A DNA stretch of 35,732 bases, from contig CAXTYC010000044.1 of assembly GCA_964248365.1 (NCBI GenBank), forward strand, positions 1 through 35,732, read 5' to 3'. The DNA is from an uncultured Chroococcidiopsis sp. (GTDB taxonomy: Bacteria > Cyanobacteriota > Cyanobacteriia > Cyanobacteriales > Chroococcidiopsidaceae). Below, one piece after another: positions 1 through 10,196 of the stretch; position 1 is the stretch's first letter; every line of letters starts with the position of its first letter. Below the pieces are notes generated by a model. That model was not told where the DNA came from. It searched no databases and saw only the letters and a list, made by a program, of their open reading frames with translations. The position numbers were made by a program, and so were the translations under genes.

Positions 1-55
1 CATCACTATAATGCGTCTCTCCCTGTGCGTTTATCCTTTCCTATTTAGGACTACC
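1..55 (+). mobile_element. Right end of an IS1-family element (transposase C-terminus plus terminal IR)
   Basis: Frame 1 reads HHYNASLPVRLSFPI* (1-48), like the C-terminus of cyanobacterial IS1 transposases. It ends in TTAGGACTACC, whose reverse complement GGTAGTCC is an IS1-type terminus. Confidence 0.7.
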
Positions 56-386
56 CAGAACACTATGAACGGCTAGTTAAAGTCCTGGCAGACCAAGGTT
101 ATCGCGGCGAACTTGAGACTGATTTAGAGGCAGTTTACGATGTTTTGTTAGAGGTGGTGGAACATCTTGGCAAGGGGTTTCAAGTTCAACCAAAGCTAGG
201 AAGTGTCGAACGCACCTGGGCATGGTTAGAGAATGCACGAGCATTAAACCGAAATTATGAGCGATTGCCAGAAAATCATGAGGGCATGATTTATGTTGCG
301 ATGAAGAGTTGATGCTACGGCGACTGGGATACAATCGCCGAAACTGGCACAAGAAGAGGGCAAAACATTCATTTACAAACATTCTC
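56..386 (+). mobile_element. 3' part of an IS5-family (IS1031-like) element; transposase pseudogene
   Basis: Translates to KVLADQGYRG...GFQVQPK..VERTWAWLENARALNRNYERLPENHEGMIYVAM, then a frameshift to LMLRRL. IR-like TTTACAAACATTCTC at 372-386 is followed by TTA, a typical TWA target. Confidence 0.85.
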
Positions 387-389
387 TTA

Positions 390-596
390 AGCTTGCTCCA
401 AAACTGCAAGGGGAGCGCCCACTGCTATGAGATAGTATACGTAGGGTAAGCAACCGCCGCTCCCCGCCTCCTTGCATTTCATTCCAGAACAGCACAAGCG
501 CTGCTTCACAATCATCTTACATGCAACTTCAGTCACTCCTGAACCGAGCGGCAAGCTTTCTTGCAAGTGCTGGGCGTATTTCTTTAACTCTCGATT
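390..596 (-). mobile_element. ISKra4-like (IS256/Mutator-type) transposase C-terminal remnant
   Basis: Minus strand reads KYAQHLQESLPLGSGVTEVACKMIVKQRLCCSGMK, then a frameshift to QFWSKL. This matches the PIGSGxxExACK...KQRLCxSGMxW motif. Confidence 0.7.
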
Positions 597-1307
597 TTAC
601 ATCATTTCCGCATTTGAGCAGCCAAAATCTGTTAAGCAATGTTTCGCCACCAGTATCAAAATTGCGGAAGACCCCAAGTAGATCCCCAAGAGCAACCCAA
701 AGTTCTTGATACTAAGGCGAGTTCTCCATTTTAGGGCTAGCCATCCCAGGGCTGTGATAAATGCCCAACCGCCCACCAGAACGTGAAATGAAGTTGCCAG
801 TCCTAGCATTAAAGCCATTGGGCGATAGTAACCCTTCAGCATCAGTCCAATTGCCAACAAAACTAAACCGTAGGCAACCAACTTGGCTTCAAGTCCGCCT
901 ATCAACCATTCAAATGCAGCAGCCCCTTGGTCATGATTTATGTATACAAACAGACCAACAGCTAGCAATAGTAATGGCAAGTTGAGGTTCAGTCTCTGAC
1001 CTATGAGAACTAGCCCTGAAGCTACTAGCCCGTAGCATATTAACCGCCCTAAGATAGAGGTTGCTAGAAACCCCCAGGCTACTATCAGTTTGCCAAATAA
1101 TGTTTCAAATAGCAGCCGATAGCCAGGTGGCTGGTTAAGATACCAATCTTCAGGAATCCAGCTTGAGTCAGCGTACTGATGAGCCAAGGGTAAGACATCA
1201 ACTTCATTTGTACTGCCCATATTACTGTCTGGCAGGAATTTGAAACTGAGGAATGCTATTACTACTAAAACTCTAAATCCTGCTCCATCTAAGTTTGCGT
1301 TATTCTG
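597..1307 (-). pseudogene. Truncated multi-pass membrane protein (DUF6798-like, possibly GT-C glycosyltransferase-like)
   Basis: ORF 597-1328 has several hydrophobic helices and NEVDVLPLA...DWYLNQPPGYR. Its 5' end runs into the IS4 left IR (1308) and its 3' end abuts the ISKra4 remnant, so both ends appear lost. Confidence 0.6.
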
Positions 1308-2578
1308 CTGACGGGGTGACAACCGCACTAGAAGCTGCCCCAGATCAGAATTAGCCTAACTTGCGGTAAAAAAAGATGGGGCAGCTATTGTCAACAAGCC
1401 CCATCGGATAAAAATGCTTCCTGTATTCTACCAAACCTGTTTTCAACGTCAGCTAAAAGACACTCAATACTTAACCCTACAAATTTTAGTTTTCCTGCGG
1501 CAAATTCATAAACAAGTAAGTATTGAACTCCTATCTACTTTGATGCCCTACTTGGTATTATTCGAGAGTAGACGACGCTGTGTTCAAAGATTTCTCATGC
1601 TGCCGATACTTAAGATTGAGTTGCTGTGGTTTCCCCTGATTAAATATATCTTGAGAACTTGGTTAAAAAAGACAAGAGTCTTAGTTCTGGCGATTGATAG
1701 AACACAATGGCGGGATAAAAATATCTTCTTTGTTAGTTTGATTTGGGACAAAAGAGCAGTGCCATTATACTGGCAGATTTTGGACAAGAAAGGCAGTAGC
1801 AACTTGGGAGAGCAACAAGCATTAATACGTCCAGTACTGCGATTGTTAAACAATTACAAAATCATTCTCTTGGGAGATAGGGAATTTGGCAGTGTCAAAC
1901 TAGCTAGCTGGCTCCAACAAAAGAAAGTCAAGTTTGCTCTTAGGGTTAAGCAAGAGCGATATATCCAGCAAGAGGGAGAATTATTCCAGCGATTAAGCTC
2001 TCTTTTGTTTAATGCTGGGAACATCCTTTTATTTAGCAGGGGTTCAAGTCACAAAGCAAAAAGGATTTGGCAAGTTTGATCTTGCTGGGTATTGGCAACG
2101 GAAGTATCGCCAAAATCAAAATAATGAAGGTTGGTATCTTCTGACTAATTTAGGCAACAAGGGAAACTGCTTTGTCTGCCTATAGAAAGCGCAGTGGGAT
2201 AGAAGCCATGTTTAAAGACTGTAAAACAGGAGGCTATAATTTGGAAACAAGTCATGCCGCAAACCAGCGATTGATGAGTTTAATTCTATTAATAGCAGTT
2301 GCTTACAGTTGTACCATACTTGCTGGCAGAAAAATTAAACAAATGGGGTTTCAAAAGTACATGGGTCGTCTCAAAGAGTTAGGACGGACAACTAGACGAC
2401 ACAGCAGCTTTTGGGTGGGATTATACGGGCATTTATGGATACCTGGAATGGATTTTTTCTCCACTTTAGTCACCCAGTTAATGTTTATAAGACGCAATAA
2501 GCTCCCTTGTTTTCAGCGAGGTATGAGGGCTATGTCCTTGATTCAGTCTGCCTTCTAGCCTTGTTGCCACCCCGTCAG
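1308..2578 (+). mobile_element. IS4-family insertion sequence
   Basis: Terminal IRs CTGACGGGGTGACAA (1308-1322) and TTGCCACCCCGTCAG (2564-2578) match at 14/15. No flanking direct repeat seen. Confidence 0.9.
1414..2558 (+). pseudogene. IS4-family DDE transposase, frameshifted
   Basis: ORF 1414-2079 (LAIDRTQW, LLGDREFG) and ORF 2172-2558 (YRKRSGIEAMFKDCKTGGYNLE, the Y-R-E-K signature) are joined by an out-of-frame segment containing EGWYLLTNL. Confidence 0.88.
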
Positions 2579-2819
2579 GCTTCATACCCAGATCTTTCGA
2601 CACACAACCAGTATTCTCAAAACAAGCCTGACTTAATTTTTTGTCGCCATATTGCTGAGTGTATTTTTTGTCGCCAATTCCAAGCCTTCAAGGGAGGATA
2701 TCTGCGCATTTTCGAGGGCTCTTTTAAAAAGGCTGTCTCATTTTTTTATGTCGGATGGCTCCTGGGAATAACAATATAGTCGGAGGGGATAATAAAGGGA
2801 GCGGTATTTTATTTCTTAG

Positions 2820-3492
2820 CTTCCTCCTTAGATGGTCTTCAACCCTAGCCGCGTTTGGTCACCGCAAAAGAACCGCACCCCTCCATTCCAACCCATGACA
2901 CTTGAGGCTATCACTACAAGCATTGTTAAGTTCTCACAGAAGTTTTTTTATATGCTTCCATCCGTTCGGTTGACTGTTCTTTGCTTACCAAGCGGAACTA
3001 GAGGTGATGACTGTAATCGATAATGCACCAGTTGATGCACGGTTTTATATTTTGCCCAGATGCCCAACTGTGTCCCCTGCCAATCACAGATCTCTTGGTA
3101 GCTATCAAATCCTTGGGGTTCTTGCAAGCGTTTTTCCAGTGCCGCTTCTGCCCAATTAGGAATTGCTCTAGGACGATCGCAGCTAGTCCTGTTCCTCTCT
3201 AACAACCCATCTAATCCGTTGTCCCGATAACGCCGCAACCACTTGCTCGAGCGTCACTCTATGCCTACCCAATAGCCTTGCTGCATCCTCTACTATTTTG
3301 GCCCCACTTTTGAGCAAGTACAGCAGTTGAATTCTTTCTTTGCTTGAGACAACTTTTTGCTGCCTCAACAACTGTTTGAGGTCGTCAAGACTCTCTTGAA
3401 TCTCTACTTTGTAAATCCCTGCCATTGATGCTTCAATTGAACTTCATTTCAAATCTATAGCATCTGTATCCCTTATTTCAAGAATTGGTATT
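2820..3492 (-). mobile_element. IS630-family element remnant (5' half, frameshifted, 3' truncated)
   Basis: ORFs 3183-3425 and 2948-3238 encode the HTH region (MAGIYKVEIQES...KERIQLLYLLKSG; YKTVHQLVHYRL). VRFFCGDQTRLGLKT follows near 2830-2880. The left end reads TAATACCAATTCT on the minus strand at about 3481-3493. The 3' boundary is approximate. Confidence 0.8.
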
Positions 3493-5350
3493 ATGGCTAC
3501 CACATTTGTGGAATCTGCAACCATCGAAATGTGATTGGGTAGCTGTAGATGAAGCTCAGGATGTTTCACCCGCGCAGCTAGACTTAATTTTAAAAATGCG
3601 CGGTCGAGGTGGAAGAATGATATGGGTAGGAGATAAAAATCAAGCGATTTTTGGATTTGCTGGGGCTTTAAGTGATTCTATAGATCGCATCATTGAAGCA
3701 ACACACGCAATCGTTCTTCCCTTGAGTATTTGCTATCGCTGCCCAGTTAGTCATATCAAATTAGCTCAAGAGGTAGTGCCTTCTATTGAACCCATTTGGG
3801 ATCTAGGTACTCGCTAAGCGCTTGAGCATTAATCGGATGAAGCACAGATTGAGCTTTGCCGTCGCATGATTCAAGCTACGTTCAAAGTTCACAGGCCAAG
3901 CTCTTACACCGCTCCATCCAAGCATTCGAGCGCTCAATGATCCACCGAGTTGCAACTGGAACAAATCCTATTTTGCTAAGGGCTGCTTTTTCGGCTTTGG
4001 TGGGCTTGGGAGCCAGTTGCCAGCGAATCTTCGTCATGATTTGCGGGTAGAGGGCTTCTAATGCTTTCAAACAGCGGATTGGGATGAATGCCGTGGTCAA
4101 GCAAGATGGTGATTTTCGGAATGTTGACGGGTTTGCTGCGAAAGTAGTCCAAGTGGTGGCTGAGCATCTCAATCAAGCCTTGGTCGTCGGTGACATTTGC
4201 TTTGGTACAGTGTGTGAAAAACGGCAATCCCAAGGTATCGACTGCAAGATGCCGTTTGATGCCGTTAGTGCATTTGTAATGACAAAATCCTTTCGACTCG
4301 ACACTGGCATTGCACGTATTCTTCACGGCTTGCGAGTCGATAATTAGTAGTCGCGTCCAGTTCGGTTTTTTTTCGCCTGTTGCCGTACCTGTGCGTGTAG
4401 TGCATTCATTACCTCATCCAACACACCTTCAACAGCGCCATTGTTTGTAGTGCCAGAAAACGGTGGAGTAGGGCGGTAAGTCCTTGGGCAAGTCACCCCA
4501 ATTACAACCGTTCTTGAGTTGATAGAACACCCCATCTAAAATTTGTCGCGTCCACGTGGGCGGTCGGGTTTGCTTCCTTCTGGGTAGAAGAGGTTCAATG
4601 ATTTCCCACTCAAGGTCAGTTAAGCTACTGGAGTACGGCATTTATTTTTGATTTTAGCCGCTCTCAAACAGATCCCAAATGGGTTCTATTGAGAGCGCAC
4701 CTGATGCAATATCCGGCATTGTTGAATATATTCCTTATGAGAAAGTGCATTCAACCGTTGCTGAAGGGGATTTAATAATCTCCCGCTGCACAGCTCCGGT
4801 TGTGAAATTATGCATCGAGTTAATTGGTAAAAAGATCCCAGCACGAGTACGGGGTAGGGATATAGGCAAAGCCTTAACGGCAATAGTCAAAGAGGTAGCA
4901 AATCTACACGGTTTTGATTTTAAGCAATTTGGTTTCGCCCTAAAAACTTATGAAGATGAAAAGACTAGCAAGCTTCAAGGAAAAAGGAATTTTGAAAATC
5001 AGCTCGAATCATTGCGATCTCGCATTAACGGAATTAGGGCTTGCTATGAGGCATTCAATAGCGACAATGTAGAAGATTTCTGCGCAAAGATCGAGGGATT
5101 ATTTTCAGATAGCCGTAGTTCGGTTGTACTATCTGTTGTCCACCGAGCCAAGGGATTAGAAGAGCGACGAGTTTTTATCCTACGCCCCGATCAGCTGCCA
5201 CTATGTTGGCAGAATCAGCACTCGTGGGAATTGGAGCAAGAATACAACTTGAAGTATGTAAGCCTTACACGTGCAAAAGAGGCTTTGTTTTTTATTAAGG
5301 AGGAAAAGCCGATCAAGATCAACCCAGACGAAGTTGATGACGGGTTCTAG
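3493..5350 (+). pseudogene. UvrD/Rep-type superfamily 1 helicase, 5'-truncated by IS630 and split by IS5
   Basis: First piece has VDEAQD, VGDKNQAIFGFAGA and LSICYRCP. Second piece has SVVHRAKGLE and YVSLTRAKEAL. Removing 3790-4684 plus one TSD copy restores ...VVPSIESAPDAISG... in frame. Walker A is missing. Confidence 0.88.
3790..4684 (-). mobile_element. IS5-family element with frameshifted transposase (about 3803-4641)
   Basis: Perfect IRs ACCCATTTGGGATCT / AGATCCCAAATGGGT with an 8-bp TSD TCTATTGA (3782-3789, 4685-4692). Transposase fragments: MPYSSSLTDLEWEIIEPLLP..., GIKRHLAVDTLG, RWIIERSNAW. Confidence 0.92.
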
Positions 5351-5608
5351 GCTCGATTCTAGACTTTTGAATAACAAACAAAACGCTATGAGATGCAAAA
5401 TTTTTCTGATGAACAACTAGAGCTGCTACGGCAGCGGCTAAAGGAGATTAGGATAGCGGGGAAGTGGTTATAAGAGTATAGGATCAATGCCCCTGTAACT
5501 GTTAGCGTAGCATTAAGCGCTTGCTACAACTGGCTGGATCAGCAGGAAACTAAGACGGTCGCAATAGGTAAGAGGATTAAAACACAAACAAATAGCGGCG
5601 GCTAGAAT

Positions 5609-5651
5609 TTGTATCAATATTGTATCAGATTTGTATCAACTTCTTGTATCA
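5609..5651 (+). repeat. Four TTGTATCA direct repeats; candidate integrase arm-binding sites
   Basis: Copies at 5609, 5620, 5631 and 5644 (spacing 11, 11, 13), ending about 36 bp before the tRNA fragment. Confidence 0.7.
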
Positions 5652-5687
5652 GTCTAAAAAACATTGCTGTATATAGTTTTGTAGTTG

Positions 5688-5731
5688 GGCTGTTAACCGA
5701 TTGGTCGTAGGTTCGAATCTTACCTGGGGAG
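5688..5731 (+). tRNA. 3' fragment of tRNA-Asn(GTT), not a complete gene; probable attR core
   Basis: GGCTGTTAACCGATTGGTCGTAGGTTCGAATCTTACCTGGGGAG covers the anticodon loop, T-arm and acceptor 3' strand. No D-arm or acceptor 5' strand lies upstream. Confidence 0.85.
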
Positions 5732-5839
5732 TTAATTTGTCTAGGGTTAAATATTTGGCATGATGACGCAAGGAAGCAGGGGAGCAGAGGGGATACTTAC
5801 CACTTTTCTACTCGCCACTTAAAAAACAGCAGACTCTAG

Positions 5840-6622
5840 TTAGCCTTTGAGCAGTGACTCGCCGCCATCAATCCAAACTTCAGTACCAGTAATATGACTA
5901 GAGGCTTCCGAGGCAAGGAATAGCACCAATTGTGCCACCTGTTCTGATGTTCCTGGCTTGCCATCAGTCAACGGGATCTTGCCTTCAGGAAACTCAACAG
6001 GTTCTGTGATTTCCTCTAAATCCCGCCGTTGGGTGTTTTCGTCAATATTTGTCTCGATCGCACCTGGACAAATTACATTGACACGAATGCGATTTTGTGC
6101 TACCTCTAGGGCAACCATTTTAGTAAAGGCAACCTGTGCCGCTTTGGTACAAGAGTAAGCAGTTGCACCAGTATTGCTGAAAATGCGTGTACCGTTGACC
6201 GATGAAGTAATGATTACCGATCCACCTTGCCGTTTTAAGTAAGGTACAGCATATTTAACTGTCAAAAATGTGCCTGTGAGATTAATATTTATAGTTTTGT
6301 TCCACTCTTGGGGTTCTAATTCCTCCAAAGATGCCCAAACACCATTGATACCAGCGTTAGCAAAGACAATATCCAATCTTCCCCATTCGTCAATGACTTT
6401 TTGTGTTGCTTGCTGCATCTGTTCTGGTTGGGAAATATCAGCAAGAAGGGGAATTGCTGCACCACCATTTGTCTGAATTTGAGTCAGGGTTTCGTTCAAT
6501 TCATCCTCAGATCTTCCCAGGAGGGCAACTTTTGCTCCTTCTTTCGCCATCAACTGGGCGGATGCCTTACCAATGCCAGAACCTGCACCTGTCACCAGTG
6601 CTACTTTGTCTGCTAGTTGCAT
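5840..6622 (-). CDS. Short-chain dehydrogenase/reductase (SDR)
   Basis: TGAGSGIG cofactor motif, ANAG, YSCTK (YxxxK), NVICPG, IDGG; 260 aa. Confidence 0.95.
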   Translation of the reverse strand: MQLADKVALVTGAGSGIGKASAQLMAKEGAKVALLGRSEDELNETLTQIQTNGGAAIPLLADISQPEQMQQATQKVIDEWGRLDIVFANAGINGVWASLEELEPQEWNKTININLTGTFLTVKYAVPYLKRQGGSVIITSSVNGTRIFSNTGATAYSCTKAAQVAFTKMVALEVAQNRIRVNVICPGAIETNIDENTQRRDLEEITEPVEFPEGKIPLTDGKPGTSEQVAQLVLFLASEASSHITGTEVWIDGGESLLKG

Positions 6623-6672
6623 AACAATCCTTTCATTGAATTACAAAGGCGGTAATTGGTAATTGGTAGTTG

Positions 6673-6736
6673 GTAGGGGCGGGTTTCAACGAGTTATCTG
6701 GAGGTTCACAAGTATGTCTAATAAACCTGCCTGTAC
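6673..6736. repeat. GTAG-type REP-like inverted pair embedded in heptamer repeats
   Basis: GTAGGGGCGGGTTT (6673-6686) and AAACCTGCCTGTAC (6723-6736) form an imperfect IR flanked by GGTAATT/GGTAGTT heptamers. Confidence 0.6.
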
Positions 6737-6826
6737 GGTAATTGGTAGTTGGTATTTCCCCCTACTCCAAAACGAACTACGAGCTACTCCCTTTTCCTTT
6801 ACCTATTACCCATTACCGATTACCCA

Positions 6827-7036
6827 TTACCCAGCTTGATATCCTTCAACTTCATAACCTGCGGCTACGATCGCCTGTTTGATTGTCTCTTCAGAAGCTG
6901 CTGATTCTACTATTACTGTCTTAGCTTGTACATCCACATTTACCTTTGCATCTGGTTCCATTGTGTGGATAGTTTCAGTAATCGTTTCTGCACAACCATC
7001 ACAGCTAATATCGGGAACTTTGAGTTTGAGCGCCAT
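6827..7036 (-). CDS. Heavy-metal-associated (CopZ/Atx1-like) metallochaperone
   Basis: 69 aa with DISCDGC (CxxC) and a C-terminal AGY. Confidence 0.9.
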   Translation of the reverse strand: MALKLKVPDISCDGCAETITETIHTMEPDAKVNVDVQAKTVIVESAASEETIKQAIVAAGYEVEGYQAG

Positions 7037-7186
7037 AGTAAAACTCGGTAAGTCTATTTATTCAAACTTTAATTCTACTGAGCAAATGTGCGATCGCTCA
7101 TTACACCCCAGCTAGATTATTGTCAGCATATTTGATTGAGTGGCTGTAACTCGAACCAAAATGCGAAAATATATAAAAATGATGAA

Positions 7187-7245
7187 TTGGTAGTTGGTAG
7201 TTGGTAGTTGGTAAAAGGGAAAAGGGAAAAGGGAAAAGGGAAAAG
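7187..7245. repeat. STRR heptamer tandem repeats (TTGGTAG x3, then AAAAGGG x4)
   Basis: Directly visible. Similar arrays occur near 6651, 6805, 18780, 21700-21760 and 26263-26298. Confidence 0.9.
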
Positions 7246-7358
7246 GTAATTTCCCCCCAGCAGTATTCAGATCCCCTGATTCCCCCTCTCCTTTGATTCC
7301 CCTGAACCCACTCTCCCCCAGCTCTCTTCTAGCCCCTAGCCCCTATTCCCTATTCACT

Positions 7359-9989
7359 ATGCAGTATCTCAGCGGTAACGAAATACGAAGCAAATTCTTA
7401 GACTTTTATGCACAACGAGGACATCAAGTTCTCCCCAGTGCTTCGCTTGTGCCAGAAGATCCTACCGTACTATTGACGATCGCGGGGATGCTGCCATTTA
7501 AGCCGATCTTCTTAGGACAGCGATCGCCTCTTTTCCCACGCGCTACTACATCCCAAAAGTGCATCCGTACCAATGATATTGAAAACGTAGGACGCACGGC
7601 AAGGCATCACACCTTTTTTGAGATGCTGGGTAATTTCAGCTTTGGTGATTATTTCAAAGAACAAGCGATCGCCTGGGGATGGGAACTATCAACACAAGTT
7701 TTTGGTTTACCCCCAGAACGCCTTGTTGTCAGCGTCTTTGAGGATGATGACGAAGCTTATGCAATTTGGCGCGACAAAATTGGCATTCCTGAAGCTAGAA
7801 TCAAGCGAATGGGAGAGGATGATAACTTTTGGGTATCTGGTGCTACTGGTCCTTGTGGTCCCTGCTCAGAAATATACTACGATTTCCACCCCGAACGCGG
7901 TGATGAAAATATCGATTTAGAAGATGACACCAGATTTATCGAGTTTTATAACTTGGTGTTCATGCAATATAATCGGGATGCGGAAGGTAAGTTGACACCC
8001 CTTACTAGCAAAAATATTGATACTGGCTTGGGGTTGGAACGGATGGCGCAAATCCTTCAGAAAGTGCCAAATAACTACGAAACCGATCTGATTTTCCCAA
8101 TTATCAAAACTGCGGCTGAGATTGCAGGAATTGACTACGCCCAGAGTGACGAAAAAACCAAAGTTTCTCTAAAAGTGATTGGCGATCACATTCGTGCTGT
8201 CGTTCACATGATAGCTGATGAAATCCGCGCCTCAAATGAGGGGCGGGGTTATGTGTTGCGGCGGTTGATTCGGCGCGTTGTACGTCATGGGCGACTGATT
8301 GGAATTTCTGGGGAATTTACACCCCAGGTAGCAGAAACAGCGATCGCCTTATCTGAATCTGCCTATCCCAATGTAAGACAACGGGAAGCACAAATTAAAG
8401 CTGAGCTGCAACGCGAAGAATCACAGTTCCTCAAAACTCTGGAAAGAGGCGAGAAACTGCTCGAAGAAATTATTCAACAGGTGAAACAGCGATCGCAAAC
8501 CCAAATTAGTGGTGAAAGTGCTTTTACTCTTTATGACACCTATGGCTTCCCACTGGAACTAACTCAAGAAATCGCCGAAGAAAATAACCTCACAGTTGAT
8601 GAGGCTGGTTTTGAGGCGGAAATGGAAAAGCAGAGAGAACGCGCCAGGGAAGCACACGAAACTATCGATTTAACTGTGCAAGGTTCCCTAGACTCCCTGG
8701 CAGACTCTATTCATGCTACAGATTTTGTCGGTTATCAACAACCAGCAGCGACGGCAAAAGTCGAAGTGTTACTGGTAGGCGGAGAATCGGTAGAGTCAAC
8801 AGAAGCAGGGACAGATGTGCAAATTGTCCTTGACAAAACACCATTTTATGCTGAGTCGGGAGGACAAATAGGCGATCGCGGTTACATCTCTGGCGACGCT
8901 GTATTAGTTAGAGTTGAAGATGTGAAGAAAGAATCCGATTTCTTTGTACATTTCGGACGTATTGAACGCGGTACACTCCGAGTAGGAGATATTGTCACCG
9001 CGCAAATCGATTCTTCCTGTCGTCGTCGCGCTCAAGCCAATCATACCGCCACTCACTTGCTACAAGCGGCATTAAAGAAAATTGTTGATGAATCGATCTC
9101 GCAAGCAGGTTCTCTTGTTGCCTTTGATCGCCTGCGGTTTGACTTCAACTGTCCTCGTGCTTTGACACCAGAGGAAATACAACAGGTAGAGTCACAGGTA
9201 AACACTTGGATTGCCCAGTCTCATTCTGCCGATGTTTCCATCATGCCACTAGCCGAAGCCAAGGCAAAGGGTGCGATCGCCATGTTTGGGGAAAAATATG
9301 GTGAACAAGTGCGAGTGCTAGACTTTCCAGGTGTGTCGATGGAATTGTGTGGTGGTACTCATGTCAACAACACCGCTGAAATTGGTGTGTTTAAAATTAT
9401 CTCCGAAGCTGGGGTAGCTTCTGGAGTGCGACGAATTGAAGCTGTCGCAGGATTAGCAGTTTTGGATTACTTAAATGTACGCGATAAAGTGGTTAAAGAG
9501 TTGAGCGATCGCTTTAAGGCAAAACCTGAAGAATTACCAGAAAGAATTACCAACTTACAAAACGAACTCAAAACTACCACTAAGGAACTCGAAACAATTA
9601 AAGCACAACTTGCCCTTGCTAAATCTGAATCATTGCTATCGTCAGCCGAACAATTCGGTAATTACAAAATCTTGGTTGCAGATTTGGGACAAGTCGATCC
9701 AGAATCTCTCACTCGTGCGGCTGAACGGTTACTGCAAAAACTGGGTAATGGTGCTGTAGTGTTGGGTTCTGTTCCCTCGCCTGGTAAGGTAAGCCTTATA
9801 GCAGCTTTTAGCCCAGATGTCAATAAGGCTGGTTTGCAAGCTGGGAAATTTATTGGAGCGATCGCCAAAATCTGTGGTGGCGGCGGCGGTGGACGACCAA
9901 ATCTCGCGCAAGCGGGTGGACGGGATGCAAGTAAGTTACCAGAAGCCTTAGAAAGCGCTCGGATGCAGTTGCGATCAGCTTTGAGTTAA
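7359..9989 (+). CDS. alaS: Alanine--tRNA ligase
   Basis: [35 protein letters not shown], editing motifs HTATH and ELCGGTH, and C-terminal [14 protein letters not shown]. Start placed at ATG 7359 because the longer ORF begins in repeat-derived sequence. Confidence 0.98.
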   Translation: MQYLSGNEIRSKFLDFYAQRGHQVLPSASLVPEDPTVLLTIAGMLPFKPIFLGQRSPLFPRATTSQKCIRTNDIENVGRTARHHTFFEMLGNFSFGDYFKEQAIAWGWELSTQVFGLPPERLVVSVFEDDDEAYAIWRDKIGIPEARIKRMGEDDNFWVSGATGPCGPCSEIYYDFHPERGDENIDLEDDTRFIEFYNLVFMQYNRDAEGKLTPLTSKNIDTGLGLERMAQILQKVPNNYETDLIFPIIKTAAEIAGIDYAQSDEKTKVSLKVIGDHIRAVVHMIADEIRASNEGRGYVLRRLIRRVVRHGRLIGISGEFTPQVAETAIALSESAYPNVRQREAQIKAELQREESQFLKTLERGEKLLEEIIQQVKQRSQTQISGESAFTLYDTYGFPLELTQEIAEENNLTVDEAGFEAEMEKQRERAREAHETIDLTVQGSLDSLADSIHATDFVGYQQPAATAKVEVLLVGGESVESTEAGTDVQIVLDKTPFYAESGGQIGDRGYISGDAVLVRVEDVKKESDFFVHFGRIERGTLRVGDIVTAQIDSSCRRRAQANHTATHLLQAALKKIVDESISQAGSLVAFDRLRFDFNCPRALTPEEIQQVESQVNTWIAQSHSADVSIMPLAEAKAKGAIAMFGEKYGEQVRVLDFPGVSMELCGGTHVNNTAEIGVFKIISEAGVASGVRRIEAVAGLAVLDYLNVRDKVVKELSDRFKAKPEELPERITNLQNELKTTTKELETIKAQLALAKSESLLSSAEQFGNYKILVADLGQVDPESLTRAAERLLQKLGNGAVVLGSVPSPGKVSLIAAFSPDVNKAGLQAGKFIGAIAKICGGGGGGRPNLAQAGGRDASKLPEALESARMQLRSALS

Positions 9990-9996
9990 TCTTGAG

Positions 9997-10029
9997 GGTG
10001 GGCATTGTCCCACCCTACGAATTAATTAA
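9997..10029 (+). repeat. REP-derived direct repeat, copy 1 (copy 2 at 10741-10771)
   Basis: GGTGGGCATTGTCCCACCCTACGAATTAATTAA versus GGTGGGCATTGCCAGACTATGAATTAATTAA. Confidence 0.7.
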
Positions 10030-10095
10030 TAATAATTTATAAGTATGAATTGAATGAGTTAATAGTAAAAAAATGCTCTAAAATAAAAAAATATC

Positions 10096-10196
10096 AGGAC
10101 TTACGCAGCGGTTAAGCTCAACTCCAATAGAATAATTAAACGAACCGCACTCGTCGCAAAGGGCGCGAAGAAAGAATAGAAGAATGCGTAAGTTCT
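10096..10196. mobile_element. MITE-like element of about 100 bp
   Basis: Terminal IR AGGACTTACGCA / TGCGTAAGTTCT (11/12). It contains a CGCAAAG-type short repeat and ends immediately before the toxin ATG. Confidence 0.6.

Noticed and set aside
77..409. 110-aa minus-strand ORF
   Set aside because: It is mostly antisense to the IS5 transposase fragment; only its first few residues belong to the ISKra4-like remnant.
5393..5473. 26-codon ORF MQNFSDEQLELLRQRLKEIRIAGKWL
   Set aside because: Too short and has no recognisable motif; it may be a gene remnant but cannot be supported.
5609..5651. CRISPR array (here, or at the heptamer arrays such as 27757-27812)
   Set aside because: Units are 7-8 bp with no spacer-length unique sequence, and there are no cas genes.
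5660..5731. Complete tRNA-Asn gene
   Set aside because: The acceptor 5' strand and D-arm are absent; only the 3' 44 nt match.
7293..7358. 22-aa N-terminal extension of AlaRS
   Set aside because: It is encoded by C-rich repeat DNA from a TTG; ATG 7359 matches the usual start region.
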